Counted from the first letter of the stretch, positions 21,588 through 31,923 are shown. The stretch: DNA of 64,000 nt from Pseudomonadota bacterium (GCA_023435825.1 JAEZMB010000139.1:4433-68432); one strand, 5' to 3'. Made by a program: numbers and translations. The notes: generated by a model from the sequence alone, not told the origin.

Positions 21588-22592
21588 ATGAAAGCCATCG
21601 TCGCCACGGGCGGCCTCGATCCCGACGCTCCCCAGGCCTTTACGGAAAAGGAACTGCCCGAGCCCGAACCCCGTGAACACGACATTGTCGTGCGCCTGGA
21701 AGCCGTGGGCATCAACCCCGTGGACACCAAGGTCTTCGACCGGCTGGCCCCTGGCCAGACACGGATTCTGGGCTGGGACGCCCAGGGCATGGTCGAGTCC
21801 GTGGGTGACAAGGCCAGTCGTTTCACGCCGGGGCAGACCGTCTACTACGCCGGCTCCATCACCCGCGACGGCTGCAACGCCGAGTATCAGGCCGTGGACG
21901 AACGGCTTGTCGCCCCGGCCCCGGCCAGCCTGTCGCCGGAGCAGGCCGCCGCCCTGCCGCTGACCAGCCTCACGGCCTGGGAAGGGCTGTTCGACCGGCT
22001 GGGCTTCACTGCGGCCGAAGGGGCCAACGCCGGCCGCAGCCTGCTGGTCGTCGGCGGGGCCGGCGGGGTCGGGTCCATGGTCATCCAGCTGGCCGCCTGG
22101 GCCGGACTGACCGTCACGGCCACGGCCGGCCGGCCGGAATCGACCGCCTGGTGTCTGGAGATCGGGGCGAAAACCGTCCTTGGCCGGGGCGACCTGGCGG
22201 CCGAGGCCCAGGCGGCCGGGCTGGGCGATTTCGATGCCATCTACTGCACCACCCACATGGAGGAGCACTGGACGGCCATGGCCCGGGTCGTCGCGCCCCA
22301 AGGCTCGGTCTGCCTCATCGACGATCCGTCCGGGCCGCTGGACATCACGGCGTTCAAGCAAAAAGCCGTGCGCCTGTGCTGGGAATTCATGTTCGCGCGC
22401 TCGATGTTCGCCACCCCGGACATGGCCCGCCAGGGGGAAATCCTGGAGCGCCTGGCCGGGCTCATCGACGCCGGACGCCTGCGCCCCACCCTGGCCCTGA
22501 CCACCAAGGGGCTGACCGCCGAAAACGTGCGCCAGGCCCACTTGCGTCAGCGCAGCGGGACCATGGTCGGCAAGCAGGTCATCACGGTCTAG
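21588..22592 (+). CDS. Zinc-binding ADH family / NADPH:quinone oxidoreductase
   Basis: INPVDTK, LGWDA, GGAGGVGS, WEFMF. Confidence 0.9.
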   Translation: MKAIVATGGLDPDAPQAFTEKELPEPEPREHDIVVRLEAVGINPVDTKVFDRLAPGQTRILGWDAQGMVESVGDKASRFTPGQTVYYAGSITRDGCNAEYQAVDERLVAPAPASLSPEQAAALPLTSLTAWEGLFDRLGFTAAEGANAGRSLLVVGGAGGVGSMVIQLAAWAGLTVTATAGRPESTAWCLEIGAKTVLGRGDLAAEAQAAGLGDFDAIYCTTHMEEHWTAMARVVAPQGSVCLIDDPSGPLDITAFKQKAVRLCWEFMFARSMFATPDMARQGEILERLAGLIDAGRLRPTLALTTKGLTAENVRQAHLRQRSGTMVGKQVITV

Positions 22593-22695
22593 TGTCGCGC
22601 CCCTTTAAAAATACGATAGTTTTTTAAAGAAAAATGAATGGTTTTAGGTTGTTAACAACAAAACACCATATGCGCCTTTCGCGGACGCGACACGA
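22589..22695 (+). mobile_element. ~100-bp MITE-like repeat
   Basis: CTAGTGTCGCGCCC-ctttaaaaatacga...ctttcgc-GGACGCGACACG; its TAG is the ADH stop. Confidence 0.8.
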
Positions 22696-22939
22696 GGCGC
22701 GCCCCGGCGGTGGCCGCCCGCCTCCGTTTCCCCAAAAACGTGTCGGCGATTTCTTGTAACGGACACTCCAACCACCTGGAATAAAGACTTTTCCCAATCC
22801 AGTGTCCCTTTGCCCAGGCCGCGCCGCCAGGGCTATCCTGGACCCTTCGCCCGGCCGCCCGCCGGGCGCAGGGTCCAGGCGGACGCTCGCGGCCCGACGC
22901 CTGGGCCGCCCTCCGGCCGCCGCCCGCCAAGGAGCCCTC

Positions 22940-23578
22940 ATGGCCGACGACGCCCCCCTGGACATGGATTTCTACCGCTACGACGCCAACCACCGTTTCG
23001 CCGCCATGTACCCCTTGCTGGCCCAACAGATCATCGACGACTGCGGCGTCACCGAGGGCGTCTGCCTGGACGTGGGCACGGGCAGCGCCGCCGTCATCAT
23101 CGAGCTGGCCAAGATCACAAATCTTTCCCTGATCGGCCTGGACACCCGGGAGGACGTGCTGGAAATGGCCCGGGAGAACGTCGTGCGCCACGGCCTGCCG
23201 CTGTCGCGCTTCCGGTTCATCAAGGCCGACGTCACGGACATTCCCCTGCCGGGCGGCAGCGCGGACCTGCTCATCAGCCGGGGTTCCGTGCCGTTCTGGA
23301 CCGACCATGTGGCCGCCTTCAAGGAACTGTCCCGGGTCCTGGCCCCCAGCGGGGCCGGGCTGGTCGGCTGCGGTTTCAGCCGCTACCAGCCCATCGAGGA
23401 GGTCCGGGCCATGCGGCCCAAGTGGTCGGGAGACGGCGAGAAGGATACGCGAAACGACTGGAAAAAGCCCGGCTATCTGCCGGAAGTATTGGCCAAGGCC
23501 GGAGCCGACGGGGCCGACGTCAAGGCCGACTCCTACGGCATCTGGGTGCGGCTGGGCAAAATGGCCGGCGTCGCCTGA
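22940..23578 (+). CDS. Class I SAM methyltransferase
   Basis: LDVGTGS, ADLLISRGS, RVLAP.G. Confidence 0.85.
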   Translation: MADDAPLDMDFYRYDANHRFAAMYPLLAQQIIDDCGVTEGVCLDVGTGSAAVIIELAKITNLSLIGLDTREDVLEMARENVVRHGLPLSRFRFIKADVTDIPLPGGSADLLISRGSVPFWTDHVAAFKELSRVLAPSGAGLVGCGFSRYQPIEEVRAMRPKWSGDGEKDTRNDWKKPGYLPEVLAKAGADGADVKADSYGIWVRLGKMAGVA

Positions 23579-23599
23579 GAAAAAACGCCGGGGCGAGGC

Positions 23600-24703
23600 T
23601 TATTGCGCCCCGGGTGGCAAGCCATCGTAGAAGGAAAAATCCCAATCCTCCCGGGCGTCCTCGGCGGCCAGCTCGGGCAACGCGGCGGCCAGGGCCGCCC
23701 CCGCGTCCGGCGGCAGCAGCGAGGCCAGCCCCTGGCCCAGGGCGGTGGCCAGGGGAGACGTCTGTCCGGCCGGTCCGGCTGCGTGGCCCAGCCGGGCCAG
23801 ATCGGCCAGCAGATGCGCGCCGGCCCGGGGTTCGGGCAATACCGCCGCCAGGGCCGCCGGCAGAGCCGCCGCCTCGTCGTCGTAGCCGGCCCGGTCCAGG
23901 ATTTCGACCAGGGCGTGGGCCAGATACAGGCAGTCGTAGTAGAGAAACGCCGGATTGACGGCCCGGTGGCGCTCCATGCGCCGGCCCACGGCCACAAGCA
24001 CGGCGTTGGCCGGGTCGATGGGATTGGCCTTGGCCGCCTCCAGGAATTCCGGCCCCTGCCAGGTCCAGCCGCGCCGGGCCATGGTGGTGCGGGACAGCCG
24101 CCGGATCTGCCGGGCCGGCGGGCCGGGCAGGATACGCAGGGCCAGGCCGGCGGCGCGCAGGGTCTGGCTGAACAGCACGTCTTCATGGAGCCGGCCGGCA
24201 AAGTCGTGGAAGCCGTGGCGCTGCCAGACCTCGCGGCGCAGCAGCCACACGCCGGCCGGCGCGACCTGGGCGTCGCCGGAAAAGCCGTCGGCCAGGCTGT
24301 AGCGCAGCTTCTGGTAGTCGGCCAAAAGGCCCTCTCCGGCGTCGTTGACGATGGGCGTGGCCACGATGCCGACCTCGGGCCGGGCCGCCTCGGGCAGGCA
24401 ACGCACCAGCCAGTCCGGCGGCAGGCGGATGTCGGCGTCAAGCGACAGCACGAAGCGGCTCCCGGCCGCGCCGATGCCGGCGGCCTTGGCCCGGGCCGGC
24501 CCCTGGTTGGGGGACAGGCGCACCACCCGGGGAACCGGGACCGTGTCCGGCGCGGCAAAGGGCACGGCCGAGCCGTCGTCCACCACCACGCATTCCCGTG
24601 GCAGGCCCTGCCAGGACGCGGCTTCAGCCAGCAGCCCGGCGGCCAGGGCGTGGTCGTTGTAGGTGTAGGTGACCAGCGTCACGGACAGGCTCGGGCGTTT
24701 CAT
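23600..24703 (-). CDS. Glycosyltransferase family 2
   Basis: VVVDDGS, NQGP..A, LDAD, HED. Confidence 0.85.
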   Translation of the reverse strand: MKRPSLSVTLVTYTYNDHALAAGLLAEAASWQGLPRECVVVDDGSAVPFAAPDTVPVPRVVRLSPNQGPARAKAAGIGAAGSRFVLSLDADIRLPPDWLVRCLPEAARPEVGIVATPIVNDAGEGLLADYQKLRYSLADGFSGDAQVAPAGVWLLRREVWQRHGFHDFAGRLHEDVLFSQTLRAAGLALRILPGPPARQIRRLSRTTMARRGWTWQGPEFLEAAKANPIDPANAVLVAVGRRMERHRAVNPAFLYYDCLYLAHALVEILDRAGYDDEAAALPAALAAVLPEPRAGAHLLADLARLGHAAGPAGQTSPLATALGQGLASLLPPDAGAALAAALPELAAEDAREDWDFSFYDGLPPGAQ

Positions 24704-24923
24704 GCCGATTTTCCCTTCCGCCGCCAGCGAGCGGCTACCGCCGACAGGGCTTGCAGCCGCCCTTCGTCCGCCCCGATAAACATGAACAACATTTTCATTT
24801 TCCTGTAATCTTTCGTATTTGGAAAAACATTGCCCCTTGGGCCGAGGTAGTCTAAAAAGGAAACTTCAAGCTTGTTCACGCTTGACGACGCCTCGATTAA
24901 TCAGACTGTACCAAGGTGGTGCC

Positions 24924-26297
24924 ATGCCTCGCATTTCCGTCTTCCTTGCCGCTTTTCTCTGCCTGGGCCTGGCCGTGGCGAGCCGCCCCTCCCAGGCGGA
25001 CGCCTATACCGTCCAGGCCGGAGACACGCCGCAGTCCATCGCCAAAAAGCATAATATTTCCGTGGACGAGCTGCTCAAGGCCAACAAGAACCTCAAGCCC
25101 AGCAAAATGCTCATCGGCGACACCCTGACCATCCCCGGCGCCGCGCCGGCCAAGACCGACAAAAAAGCCCCGGAAAAAGAACCCGCCCGCAAGGACAAGG
25201 CTCCGGCCAAGGCCGAACCCGTTTCGCCCAAGGAACGCGCCGCCGAAGCCCGGGATCGGGAAAAAGAAAAAAAATCCGCCAGCTCCAGCGCTCCGGCTCC
25301 CGCCGCATCCGGCCACGGCGGCAGCTACACCGTCAAGAAAGGCGACTCCCTGGGCAGCATCGCCGCCAAGCATGGCGTCAGCGTGGACGAGCTGCTCAAG
25401 GCCAACAAGAATCTCAAGCCCAACAAAATGCTTATCGGCGACGTCCTGACCCTGCCGGGCGGCGCGCCGGCCAAGGCCGACCACGCCAAGCCCGAACCGG
25501 CCGAAAAGCCCTCGGCCAAGTCGGCCAAGGCCGCTGAAACCCACGACGCCACCCTCACCCACACCGTGCGCAAGCACGAGACGCCCGAATCCGTGGCCAA
25601 ACGCTTCCGCATCAGCGTCAAGGAACTGGCCCGGCTCAACCCGGGCATGGGCAAGAAGCTGCACGTCGGACAGAAGCTGACCATTCCGGCGGCGGCGGCG
25701 GCCAAGGCGGCCGAAGCCGAATTGCCGAGCCGGGGCCTGCCCGAGGCCGAGCCCGAAGCCGCCCCCGAACGGACGCCGGCCAAACCGTCCCGCGCCGCGG
25801 AAACGGCCGACCCGACCCCGTCCCTGCCCGAGAGCCGGGATTCCGCCGACGCCGAAGCGGCCTTTGAAAAGGGTATCGAATTCGGCAAGCAAAACAAGTT
25901 CCAAAAAGCCATCGAATTCTTCGACAAGGCCATCAAGCTCAATCCCAACCGGGCCGATTTCTTCGCCAGCCGGGGCCATGCCCACTACTATCTGGCCCAG
26001 TATCCCAAGGCCATCGACGACTACACCAAGGCCATCGAGAAAAATCCCAGCTTCGCCCTGGCCTATTCCATGCGGGGCTTAAGCCGCGCCCGGTCCGACA
26101 AGTACCAGCAGGCCGTGGAGGACTTCAACAAGGCCATCAGCCTTGGCCCCACCGAAGCCGACTACTACAAGGGCCGGGGATTCACCTACCTGCGCCTCAA
26201 GCAGTACGGCCCCATGTGCCAGGACTACCAGAAGGCCTGTTCCCTGGGCGACTGCGAGTTGCTGGAAAGCGTCAAGAAGGAAAAGCTCTGCCAGTAG
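24924..26297 (+). CDS. Exported protein with 3 LysM domains and TPR repeats
   Basis: YTVQAGDT, YTVKKGDS and HTVRKHET LysM repeats; C-terminal TPRs. Confidence 0.9.
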   Translation: MPRISVFLAAFLCLGLAVASRPSQADAYTVQAGDTPQSIAKKHNISVDELLKANKNLKPSKMLIGDTLTIPGAAPAKTDKKAPEKEPARKDKAPAKAEPVSPKERAAEARDREKEKKSASSSAPAPAASGHGGSYTVKKGDSLGSIAAKHGVSVDELLKANKNLKPNKMLIGDVLTLPGGAPAKADHAKPEPAEKPSAKSAKAAETHDATLTHTVRKHETPESVAKRFRISVKELARLNPGMGKKLHVGQKLTIPAAAAAKAAEAELPSRGLPEAEPEAAPERTPAKPSRAAETADPTPSLPESRDSADAEAAFEKGIEFGKQNKFQKAIEFFDKAIKLNPNRADFFASRGHAHYYLAQYPKAIDDYTKAIEKNPSFALAYSMRGLSRARSDKYQQAVEDFNKAISLGPTEADYYKGRGFTYLRLKQYGPMCQDYQKACSLGDCELLESVKKEKLCQ

Positions 26298-26309
26298 GCG
26301 GACGCCGCC

Positions 26310-26355
26310 TGCCCATGAAAAAAGCCCGGTCTCGGCCGGGCTTTTTTCATGGGCA
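26310..26355. terminator. Bidirectional intrinsic terminator
   Basis: tgcccatgaaaaaagcccgg-tctcgg-ccgggcttttttcatgggca between convergent genes. Confidence 0.85.
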
Positions 26356-26370
26356 ATATCCGCTTCGACC

Positions 26371-27267
26371 TCAGGCCGAGGCCGGCTTGCGCGGCCACAG
26401 CTGGGCGGCCAACATGCCGGCGAACATCAGGCAACACCCGAAAAGCCCGCGCCCGCCCAGGCTCTCGTCGAGGAAAAGCGCCCCGCCCACGGCCGCGAAC
26501 ACGGTCTCGAAGCTGAGCAGCACGGCGGCATGGGTCGGATTGGCGTCGCGCTGGGCCACCACCTGCAGGGTGTAGGCCACGCCCACGGACAGGATGCCGC
26601 CGTAGAGGATGGCCCAGCCCGCGCCGGAAATGCCGGCCCAGGTGGTTTGCTCGAAGATGAACGCGGCGACCAGGCTCAGGATTGAGCACACGGCATACTG
26701 GCACAAGGCCAGGGGCAACGCCCGGGTTCGCGGGGAGAGCCAGCCGATGACCAGCACATGGCCGGCCCAGAACACCGCGCCGATCAGTTCCAGGCCGTCG
26801 CCCGGAGCCAAGGTGAAGTCCTCGGTGACGGACAGGAAATACAGGCCCACGGCGGCGGCCACCGCGCCGATGACGTCGCCCCGGGCGGCCTTCTGGCCGA
26901 AAAAAAGGCCCAACAGCGGCACCAGCACCACGTACAGCCCGGTGATGAAGCCGGCCTTGCCGGCGGTGGTGTAGAGCATCCCCACCTGCTGCAGGGTCGC
27001 GCCGGCAAAGAGCACGCTGCCGGCCACCAACCCTCCGAGCCAGGGAAAGCCGTCCTTGGCCCCCGGCAAAAACGGGGCCGGCGGCGGATAGCGCAGGGAG
27101 CGGATGGCCAAGGGGGCAAGCACCATGGCCCCCAGGGCAAAGCGGATGCCGTTGAAGGCCATGGGGCCGATGTGGTCCATGCCCATCCGCTGGGCCACGA
27201 AGGCAAAGCCCCAGATGAGCGCGGTGACAAGACACAGGATGTCGGCCCGAAGCGAAGCCTGGCGCAT
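26371..27267 (-). CDS. DMT (EamA) family transporter
   Basis: IWGFAFVAQ, two EamA halves, about 10 TM; AGGAGG RBS. Confidence 0.9.
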   Translation of the reverse strand: MRQASLRADILCLVTALIWGFAFVAQRMGMDHIGPMAFNGIRFALGAMVLAPLAIRSLRYPPPAPFLPGAKDGFPWLGGLVAGSVLFAGATLQQVGMLYTTAGKAGFITGLYVVLVPLLGLFFGQKAARGDVIGAVAAAVGLYFLSVTEDFTLAPGDGLELIGAVFWAGHVLVIGWLSPRTRALPLALCQYAVCSILSLVAAFIFEQTTWAGISGAGWAILYGGILSVGVAYTLQVVAQRDANPTHAAVLLSFETVFAAVGGALFLDESLGGRGLFGCCLMFAGMLAAQLWPRKPASA

Positions 27268-27833
27268 GGTTCCTCCTTGCCGCCCTACCCCCGGCCCGGA
27301 CCGAAGCCCAGGTGGCCGTACCGGTCGGCCGCCGCAGACGGCGCGGCCTGTGCCCGGGGCCGAGGGCGCGGCGCATCCAGGCAACGTCCCGGTCATGGGC
27401 GTGGCGGAAACCGGGCTTGTATAGGAAATGCGCTGCAAGGTCGAGGGGAAGACGACCGCACTGGCGCGCAACATCGGGGCGCTGCGCAGCAAATGGCCAG
27501 GCGACCGACAGCGTTGCTGGCAGCCGGGTTGTCCCGTGAGAGGCGTCACGTTCCTGATCGGGTTATGCCAGAAGGAGGCAACACCTCTCTCCGGACAATT
27601 CCGAAGCGGGTTCTCGCGGCCTTCAGGCCGGTATGGAAGTCCGTCCGGCCGAGCCTCCCCATCCCTGCCGGCAAAAGGGATTCACCGGACGGGCACCAAC
27701 AGGCGCGGATGCGGGCCGGATACGCCAGAACAGGAGTCCCCGGCAGATGCGCGCGGCGGGCCGGCAGTGCGGACTTTCGCCGATGCCCCGTTCCAACTCC
27801 CCCGGTCAGGCCTCTTGGCCTGTCCGTCGCCCC

Positions 27834-27870
27834 AAAAAAAGCGGCGGGGGAAAGCCCCCGCCGCGTAAAA
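27834..27870 (-). terminator. Intrinsic terminator after jag
   Basis: gcggcggggg-aaag-cccccgccgc with T-run on minus strand. Confidence 0.8.
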
Positions 27871-27895
27871 GCATGGTCGATGCGCCAAGGCGCGC

Positions 27896-29011
27896 CTAGG
27901 AACGCTGGCTGGACGGGGACTCGCCCCGGCCGCCGCGCGGCAGGATGAGCACGCGCTTGAGCGGGCCTTCGCCCTTGGAACGGGTGGAGATGCCTTCGTC
28001 TTCCTGCAAGGCCAGATGCACCACCCGGCGGTGGTAGGAGGACAGGGGCTTGGTGGACTGGGGACGGCCCAGGGTCTTGGCCTTGTCGGCCAGGAAAATG
28101 GCCATCTTGCGCAGGTTGTCGTCCTGGCGCTCGCGGTATTCGCCGGTGTTGATCTGGACCTTGACCGGGCTGCCGTGGCGGCGGATGACGATGCGGTTGA
28201 CGATGTACTGGATGGCGGCCAGGGTCTGGCCTTCGCGGCCGATGAGCAGGCCGGAGTTTTCCTCGTCGAAAATCAGGACAGACACGCGTTCGCTGTGGCC
28301 GGAGATCTCGAATTCGGGACGCTGGCCCAGGATGCCGTCGAGCATGTGCTCCATGGCCTCGCGCACGATGGCGGAGAGTTCAGGGGTCAGCGGCTGGGGT
28401 TCGGCGGCCGGCGCGGACCGGCGCGGCTCGCGGCCGGACCGGCCGGCATCGGCTTCGCCGGCATCGCCCTGGTCCCGGACGTCGTCGAAATCGTCCTCGA
28501 AGGGTTCGTCGTCGCCGGCAAGGTCCGCGACTGCGGGCGCGGCCTGGCGGGGAGGCGGCGGCGTTTCGGCCTTGGGGGCCGGAGCGCTCGGCGCGGCGTT
28601 CTGCACTGGGGCCGGCTTGTCTTCGACCGGCTTGGGTTCGACCTTGGGGGCCGGCTTGGGTTCGGCCTTGGGCGCGGCCTTGGCCTGGCCTTCCTGGCGA
28701 GGGGCGTCGGCCTGACGCTGGTTGCCGCGACGGCCGCCGTCACGACGGTCCCCGTTGTCCCGGCGGTCATTGTCGCGACGGTCATTGTCCCGGCGTTCGC
28801 CCTTGCCGCCCATATCACCGAGGAGATTGACTTCCTCGCGCAGCCGGGCCCGGACCTGGGCCTTTTTCTTGCCGACCAGCCCGAAGATGCCCGACGAACC
28901 GCCGGAGAGGATTTCGACCTCGAGCTTTTCCCGGGGTGCGCCCAGGCTGCGGCAGGCTTCTTCCATGGCCTCGTCCACGGATTTGCCGCTGTAGGTCTTC
29001 CATTCGCTCAT
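27896..29011 (-). CDS. jag: Jag/EloR (KhpB) RNA-binding protein
   Basis: Jag_N, KH (LLIGREG.TL.A.Q), R3H (RRVVH). Confidence 0.93.
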   Translation of the reverse strand: MSEWKTYSGKSVDEAMEEACRSLGAPREKLEVEILSGGSSGIFGLVGKKKAQVRARLREEVNLLGDMGGKGERRDNDRRDNDRRDNGDRRDGGRRGNQRQADAPRQEGQAKAAPKAEPKPAPKVEPKPVEDKPAPVQNAAPSAPAPKAETPPPPRQAAPAVADLAGDDEPFEDDFDDVRDQGDAGEADAGRSGREPRRSAPAAEPQPLTPELSAIVREAMEHMLDGILGQRPEFEISGHSERVSVLIFDEENSGLLIGREGQTLAAIQYIVNRIVIRRHGSPVKVQINTGEYRERQDDNLRKMAIFLADKAKTLGRPQSTKPLSSYHRRVVHLALQEDEGISTRSKGEGPLKRVLILPRGGRGESPSSQRS

Positions 29012-29069
29012 AGTTGCTCCTTGCGTTGCGCTTCCATCTGTTCGCGGCCGGATGCTCGCTGACGAGGCG

Positions 29070-30668
29070 TCAGGACTTCTTGTTGAGCATCCATCCCTGC
29101 TGGGCGATGGAAATGACGTTGTTGACCAGCCAGTACACGACCAGTCCGGAGGGGAAGTTGAGGAACATGAAGGTGAAGATGACGGGCATAAAGAGCATGA
29201 CCTTGGCCTGGGTGGGATCGCCCGGGGCCGGGGTCATCTTCTGCTGGAGGAACATGGTCGCGCCCATGATCAGCGGCGTGATGTAGAACGGGTCCTTGGC
29301 CGAGAGGTCGGCCAGCCAGATCAGGTTGGTGAACGGCAGATGAGTGATGAACGAGGCATGGCGCAGTTCGATGGAATGCAGCAGCGCCTGATACAGCCCG
29401 AAGAACACCGGGATCTGCACGATCATGGGCAGACAGCCGCCGGCCGGGTTGACCTTGTAGGTCTTGTACAGCTGCATCATCTCTTCGTTCATCTTCTGCC
29501 GGTCATCCTTGTACTTCTCGCGAAGCTGGGTGAGCAGCGGCTGCAGCTTCTTCATCTGGTCCATGGACTTGTACGACTTCTGGGACAGGGGCCAGAAGAT
29601 GAGCTTGATGAGGATGGTCAGCAAAATGATGGCCACGCCGTAGTTGCCGACGTAGTCGTAGAAGAAGTGCAGGAGCTTGATAAGCGGCTTGGCCACGAAA
29701 TCGAACCAGCCGTAATCGATGGAGGCGACCAGCTTGTGGGGGGCCATCTCCAGGTACTTGGGCACCTTGGGGCCGAGGAAATAAGAAATGGAAAGGTCGG
29801 AGCGGCCACCGGCCGGGACTTCCAGGCCGTCCTTGTCCAGGGCCACGCGGAACACGCCTTCCTCAAGCTTGGCCTTGCCGTGCAGATCGGCGGCCTCGGG
29901 CACGATGCCGACGAGGAAGTAGTTGCTCATGACCGCGCCCCACTCCATCGGCTTTTCCGGAGCCACGCCCTCGGCCAGCTTCTTGTCGCCGCTTTCGAGG
30001 GTAAGCCCCGACGCGCCGTAGAAGGCGGCCTGGGTGGGGTTGTAGGAGTCGCCCTCGGCCGAGAGCCGGGCCACGGCCACGGTCAGGGACAGGCGATTGC
30101 GCAGCGGCGCGCCGCCGCCGTTGGACAGGGAGAACTTTTCATCAATAATATAGGAGTCGCCGGAGAAGGTCAGTTCGCGCTTGACGACCACGTCGCCCAT
30201 GCGGCCGGCCAGGACCACGGTTCCGGTGGCGCCGGCTTCGAGCTTGAGATCGCCGCCCTCGGCCGACCACTCGACGTTCTGCCAGGTGGGGGAGCCGTTT
30301 AAGATGATGCCCAGCGGAGCCTTGGCCTTGGCCTTGTCGTCGATGAGGTTGACCAGGGGCGAATCGGGCTTGATGGTCTCGCGGTAGTTCTTGAGGGCAA
30401 ACTGTTCGAGGACGCCGCCGGTGGAGTTGAGGACAGCGGTGTACAGGGGCGTGTCGATGGCGATTTTCTTGCCCGGGGTGGGGGCGAAGGCGGCCAGGAC
30501 TTCGGCCTTGGCGGCGGGAGCGGCCGGGTTGGACTGGGCCGGGGCGTCCTGCTGGCTGACGGCGGCGTCAGGCTTGGGCGCCTGCTTTGCGGGGGGGAAG
30601 AGGAAATTCCAGCCGACCAGGACGGCAAGAGAAAGGGCCACGGCCAAAATTACGCGTTTGTTTTCCAT
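29070..30668 (-). CDS. yidC: Membrane protein insertase
   Basis: [25 protein letters not shown]. Confidence 0.97.
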   Translation of the reverse strand: MENKRVILAVALSLAVLVGWNFLFPPAKQAPKPDAAVSQQDAPAQSNPAAPAAKAEVLAAFAPTPGKKIAIDTPLYTAVLNSTGGVLEQFALKNYRETIKPDSPLVNLIDDKAKAKAPLGIILNGSPTWQNVEWSAEGGDLKLEAGATGTVVLAGRMGDVVVKRELTFSGDSYIIDEKFSLSNGGGAPLRNRLSLTVAVARLSAEGDSYNPTQAAFYGASGLTLESGDKKLAEGVAPEKPMEWGAVMSNYFLVGIVPEAADLHGKAKLEEGVFRVALDKDGLEVPAGGRSDLSISYFLGPKVPKYLEMAPHKLVASIDYGWFDFVAKPLIKLLHFFYDYVGNYGVAIILLTILIKLIFWPLSQKSYKSMDQMKKLQPLLTQLREKYKDDRQKMNEEMMQLYKTYKVNPAGGCLPMIVQIPVFFGLYQALLHSIELRHASFITHLPFTNLIWLADLSAKDPFYITPLIMGATMFLQQKMTPAPGDPTQAKVMLFMPVIFTFMFLNFPSGLVVYWLVNNVISIAQQGWMLNKKS

Positions 30669-30703
30669 TGTCCTTCATATCCCGTCGAAGTGTGGATGCG
30701 CCG

Positions 30704-30958
30704 TCATGGCGAAGCGCGCCAGGGAGCGCGCAGGAGGTGCGGAAATACGGCAGGCACGGGATCGTACCCGCCACGGGCCAGGGGATGGCAGCGCAGAAGC
30801 CGCCAGAGGGCGAGCAGGCCGCCACGGGCCACGCCGAAGCGCTCCACGGCTTCGACGGCGTAGGCGGAACAGGAGGGCGCAAACCGGCAACACGCGGGCT
30901 TAAGCGGCGAGATGGCCAGCTGATAGCATTTGAGAGCCCAGATCACGGCGCGTCGCAT
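30704..30958 (-). CDS. yidD: Membrane protein insertion efficiency factor
   Basis: YQ..ISP...CRF.PSCS.Y, RCHP..GG.DPVP. Confidence 0.93.
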   Translation of the reverse strand: MRRAVIWALKCYQLAISPLKPACCRFAPSCSAYAVEAVERFGVARGGLLALWRLLRCHPLARGGYDPVPAVFPHLLRAPWRASP

Positions 30959-31479
30959 GGGTCCACGCTTCCCGGCCGAGCCGGGCGGTCGAGGTCCTTG
31001 GCCATCCTTACAAGGAGCGGGCGCAAGTCGCTTATGGCCTGATGCAGGTCCAGCCGGCGCGGGTCGAGGCATTTCTTGGCAACGACGACAACGTCCAGGC
31101 CGACCACGACCTGGGAGGCGCACAAACGAAAACATTCGCGCACCACCCGCTTGACGCGGTTACGCGCGACGGCGTTGCCGACTTTTTTGCTGATGGCCAT
31201 GCCAAGCCGCCAGGGCGCCAACGCATCCGCTCGCGGCAGGACAAAGAGCAGGAAAGCCTTGCCATGGTAACGGCGGCCTGCTTCGAAGCAGGCCGCGAAT
31301 TCCCTACCCGTCCGGAGCCTGTGCGCCGGAGGAAAGACTAGACGGCCAGGCGCTTGCGGCCCTTGGCCCGACGACGGCGCAGGATGGCCTGTCCGTTTTT
31401 GGTCCGGGAACGCACCAGAAAGCCGTGGCTGCGGTTTCTGCGAATCTTGCTCGGCTGGTATGTCTTCTTGCTCATGCAT
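30943..31479 (-). CDS. rnpA: RNase P protein, apparently N-terminally extended across rpmH
   Basis: [17 protein letters not shown] motif; the only ATG upstream of the core in this frame is at 31479. Confidence 0.85.
   Translation of the reverse strand: MHEQEDIPAEQDSQKPQPRLSGAFPDQKRTGHPAPSSGQGPQAPGRLVFPPAHRLRTGREFAACFEAGRRYHGKAFLLFVLPRADALAPWRLGMAISKKVGNAVARNRVKRVVRECFRLCASQVVVGLDVVVVAKKCLDPRRLDLHQAISDLRPLLVRMAKDLDRPARPGSVDPCDAP
31338..31475 (-). CDS. rpmH: 50S ribosomal protein L34
   Basis: Hand translation [45 protein letters not shown]. Confidence 0.97.
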   Translation of the reverse strand: MSKKTYQPSKIRRNRSHGFLVRSRTKNGQAILRRRRAKGRKRLAV

Positions 31480-31508
31480 AATCTCCAAAGAATTGTGGTG
31501 AACGTTTT

Positions 31509-31537
31509 TTAATAGCCGTCTTCCCCCCGCTCGTCAA
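31509..31537 (-). promoter_or_regulatory. Sigma70-like promoter of rpmH operon
   Basis: TTGACG-N17-TATTAA on minus strand. Confidence 0.55.
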
Positions 31538-31804
31538 GGAAGTTTGCGGAACGTCTCCGCCATAGGGGTATCGGGGCGCGGCTCCAGGCCCCGGGCTCCC
31601 CGACGCGGGCCGGCACGTTGGCCGAACCAGACGGTCAGCGCGGCGGCCAGCCCGCCGAGGCCCAAAACGGGATCGGCCTCGGCCCAGGCCGCCAGGGTGA
31701 CAAGTCCCCCCCCCGCCCAGGGCCAGCCACCTTGCCCGTTTTTGGCCAAACAGGGAAGCCCCGAAGCAGGCCAAGCCCGCGCCAACCAGAACTTGTGTTT
31801 CCAT
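31534..31804 (-). pseudogene. Small membrane protein frameshifted at a G9 tract
   Basis: METQVLVGAGLACFG...WLALGGG continues as GLVTLAAWAEADPVLGLGG in another frame. Confidence 0.55.
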
Positions 31805-31923
31805 TTTATCGCCAACCATTTGTTTTTTCAGTCTATCACAAAACAACGCACAAAGAAATGCGAGTTTTTCAAAATTTCCGCTTGACGGTGAGCGCCGTTT
31901 TGCCTAGATACATTTCTCCACGA

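Noticed and set aside
24740..24840. Additional MITE copy
   Set aside because: Only the AAATACGA core resembles the family; terminal repeats are not recognisable
27535..27582. TPP riboswitch or SRP RNA on the plus strand (cctgatcgggttatgccagaagg)
   Set aside because: Only partial resemblance; the P5-like stem pairs poorly, there is no downstream plus-strand gene and no SRP tetraloop domain
31490..31920. oriC/dnaA next to rpmH
   Set aside because: No dnaA and no cluster of TTATCCACA boxes seen
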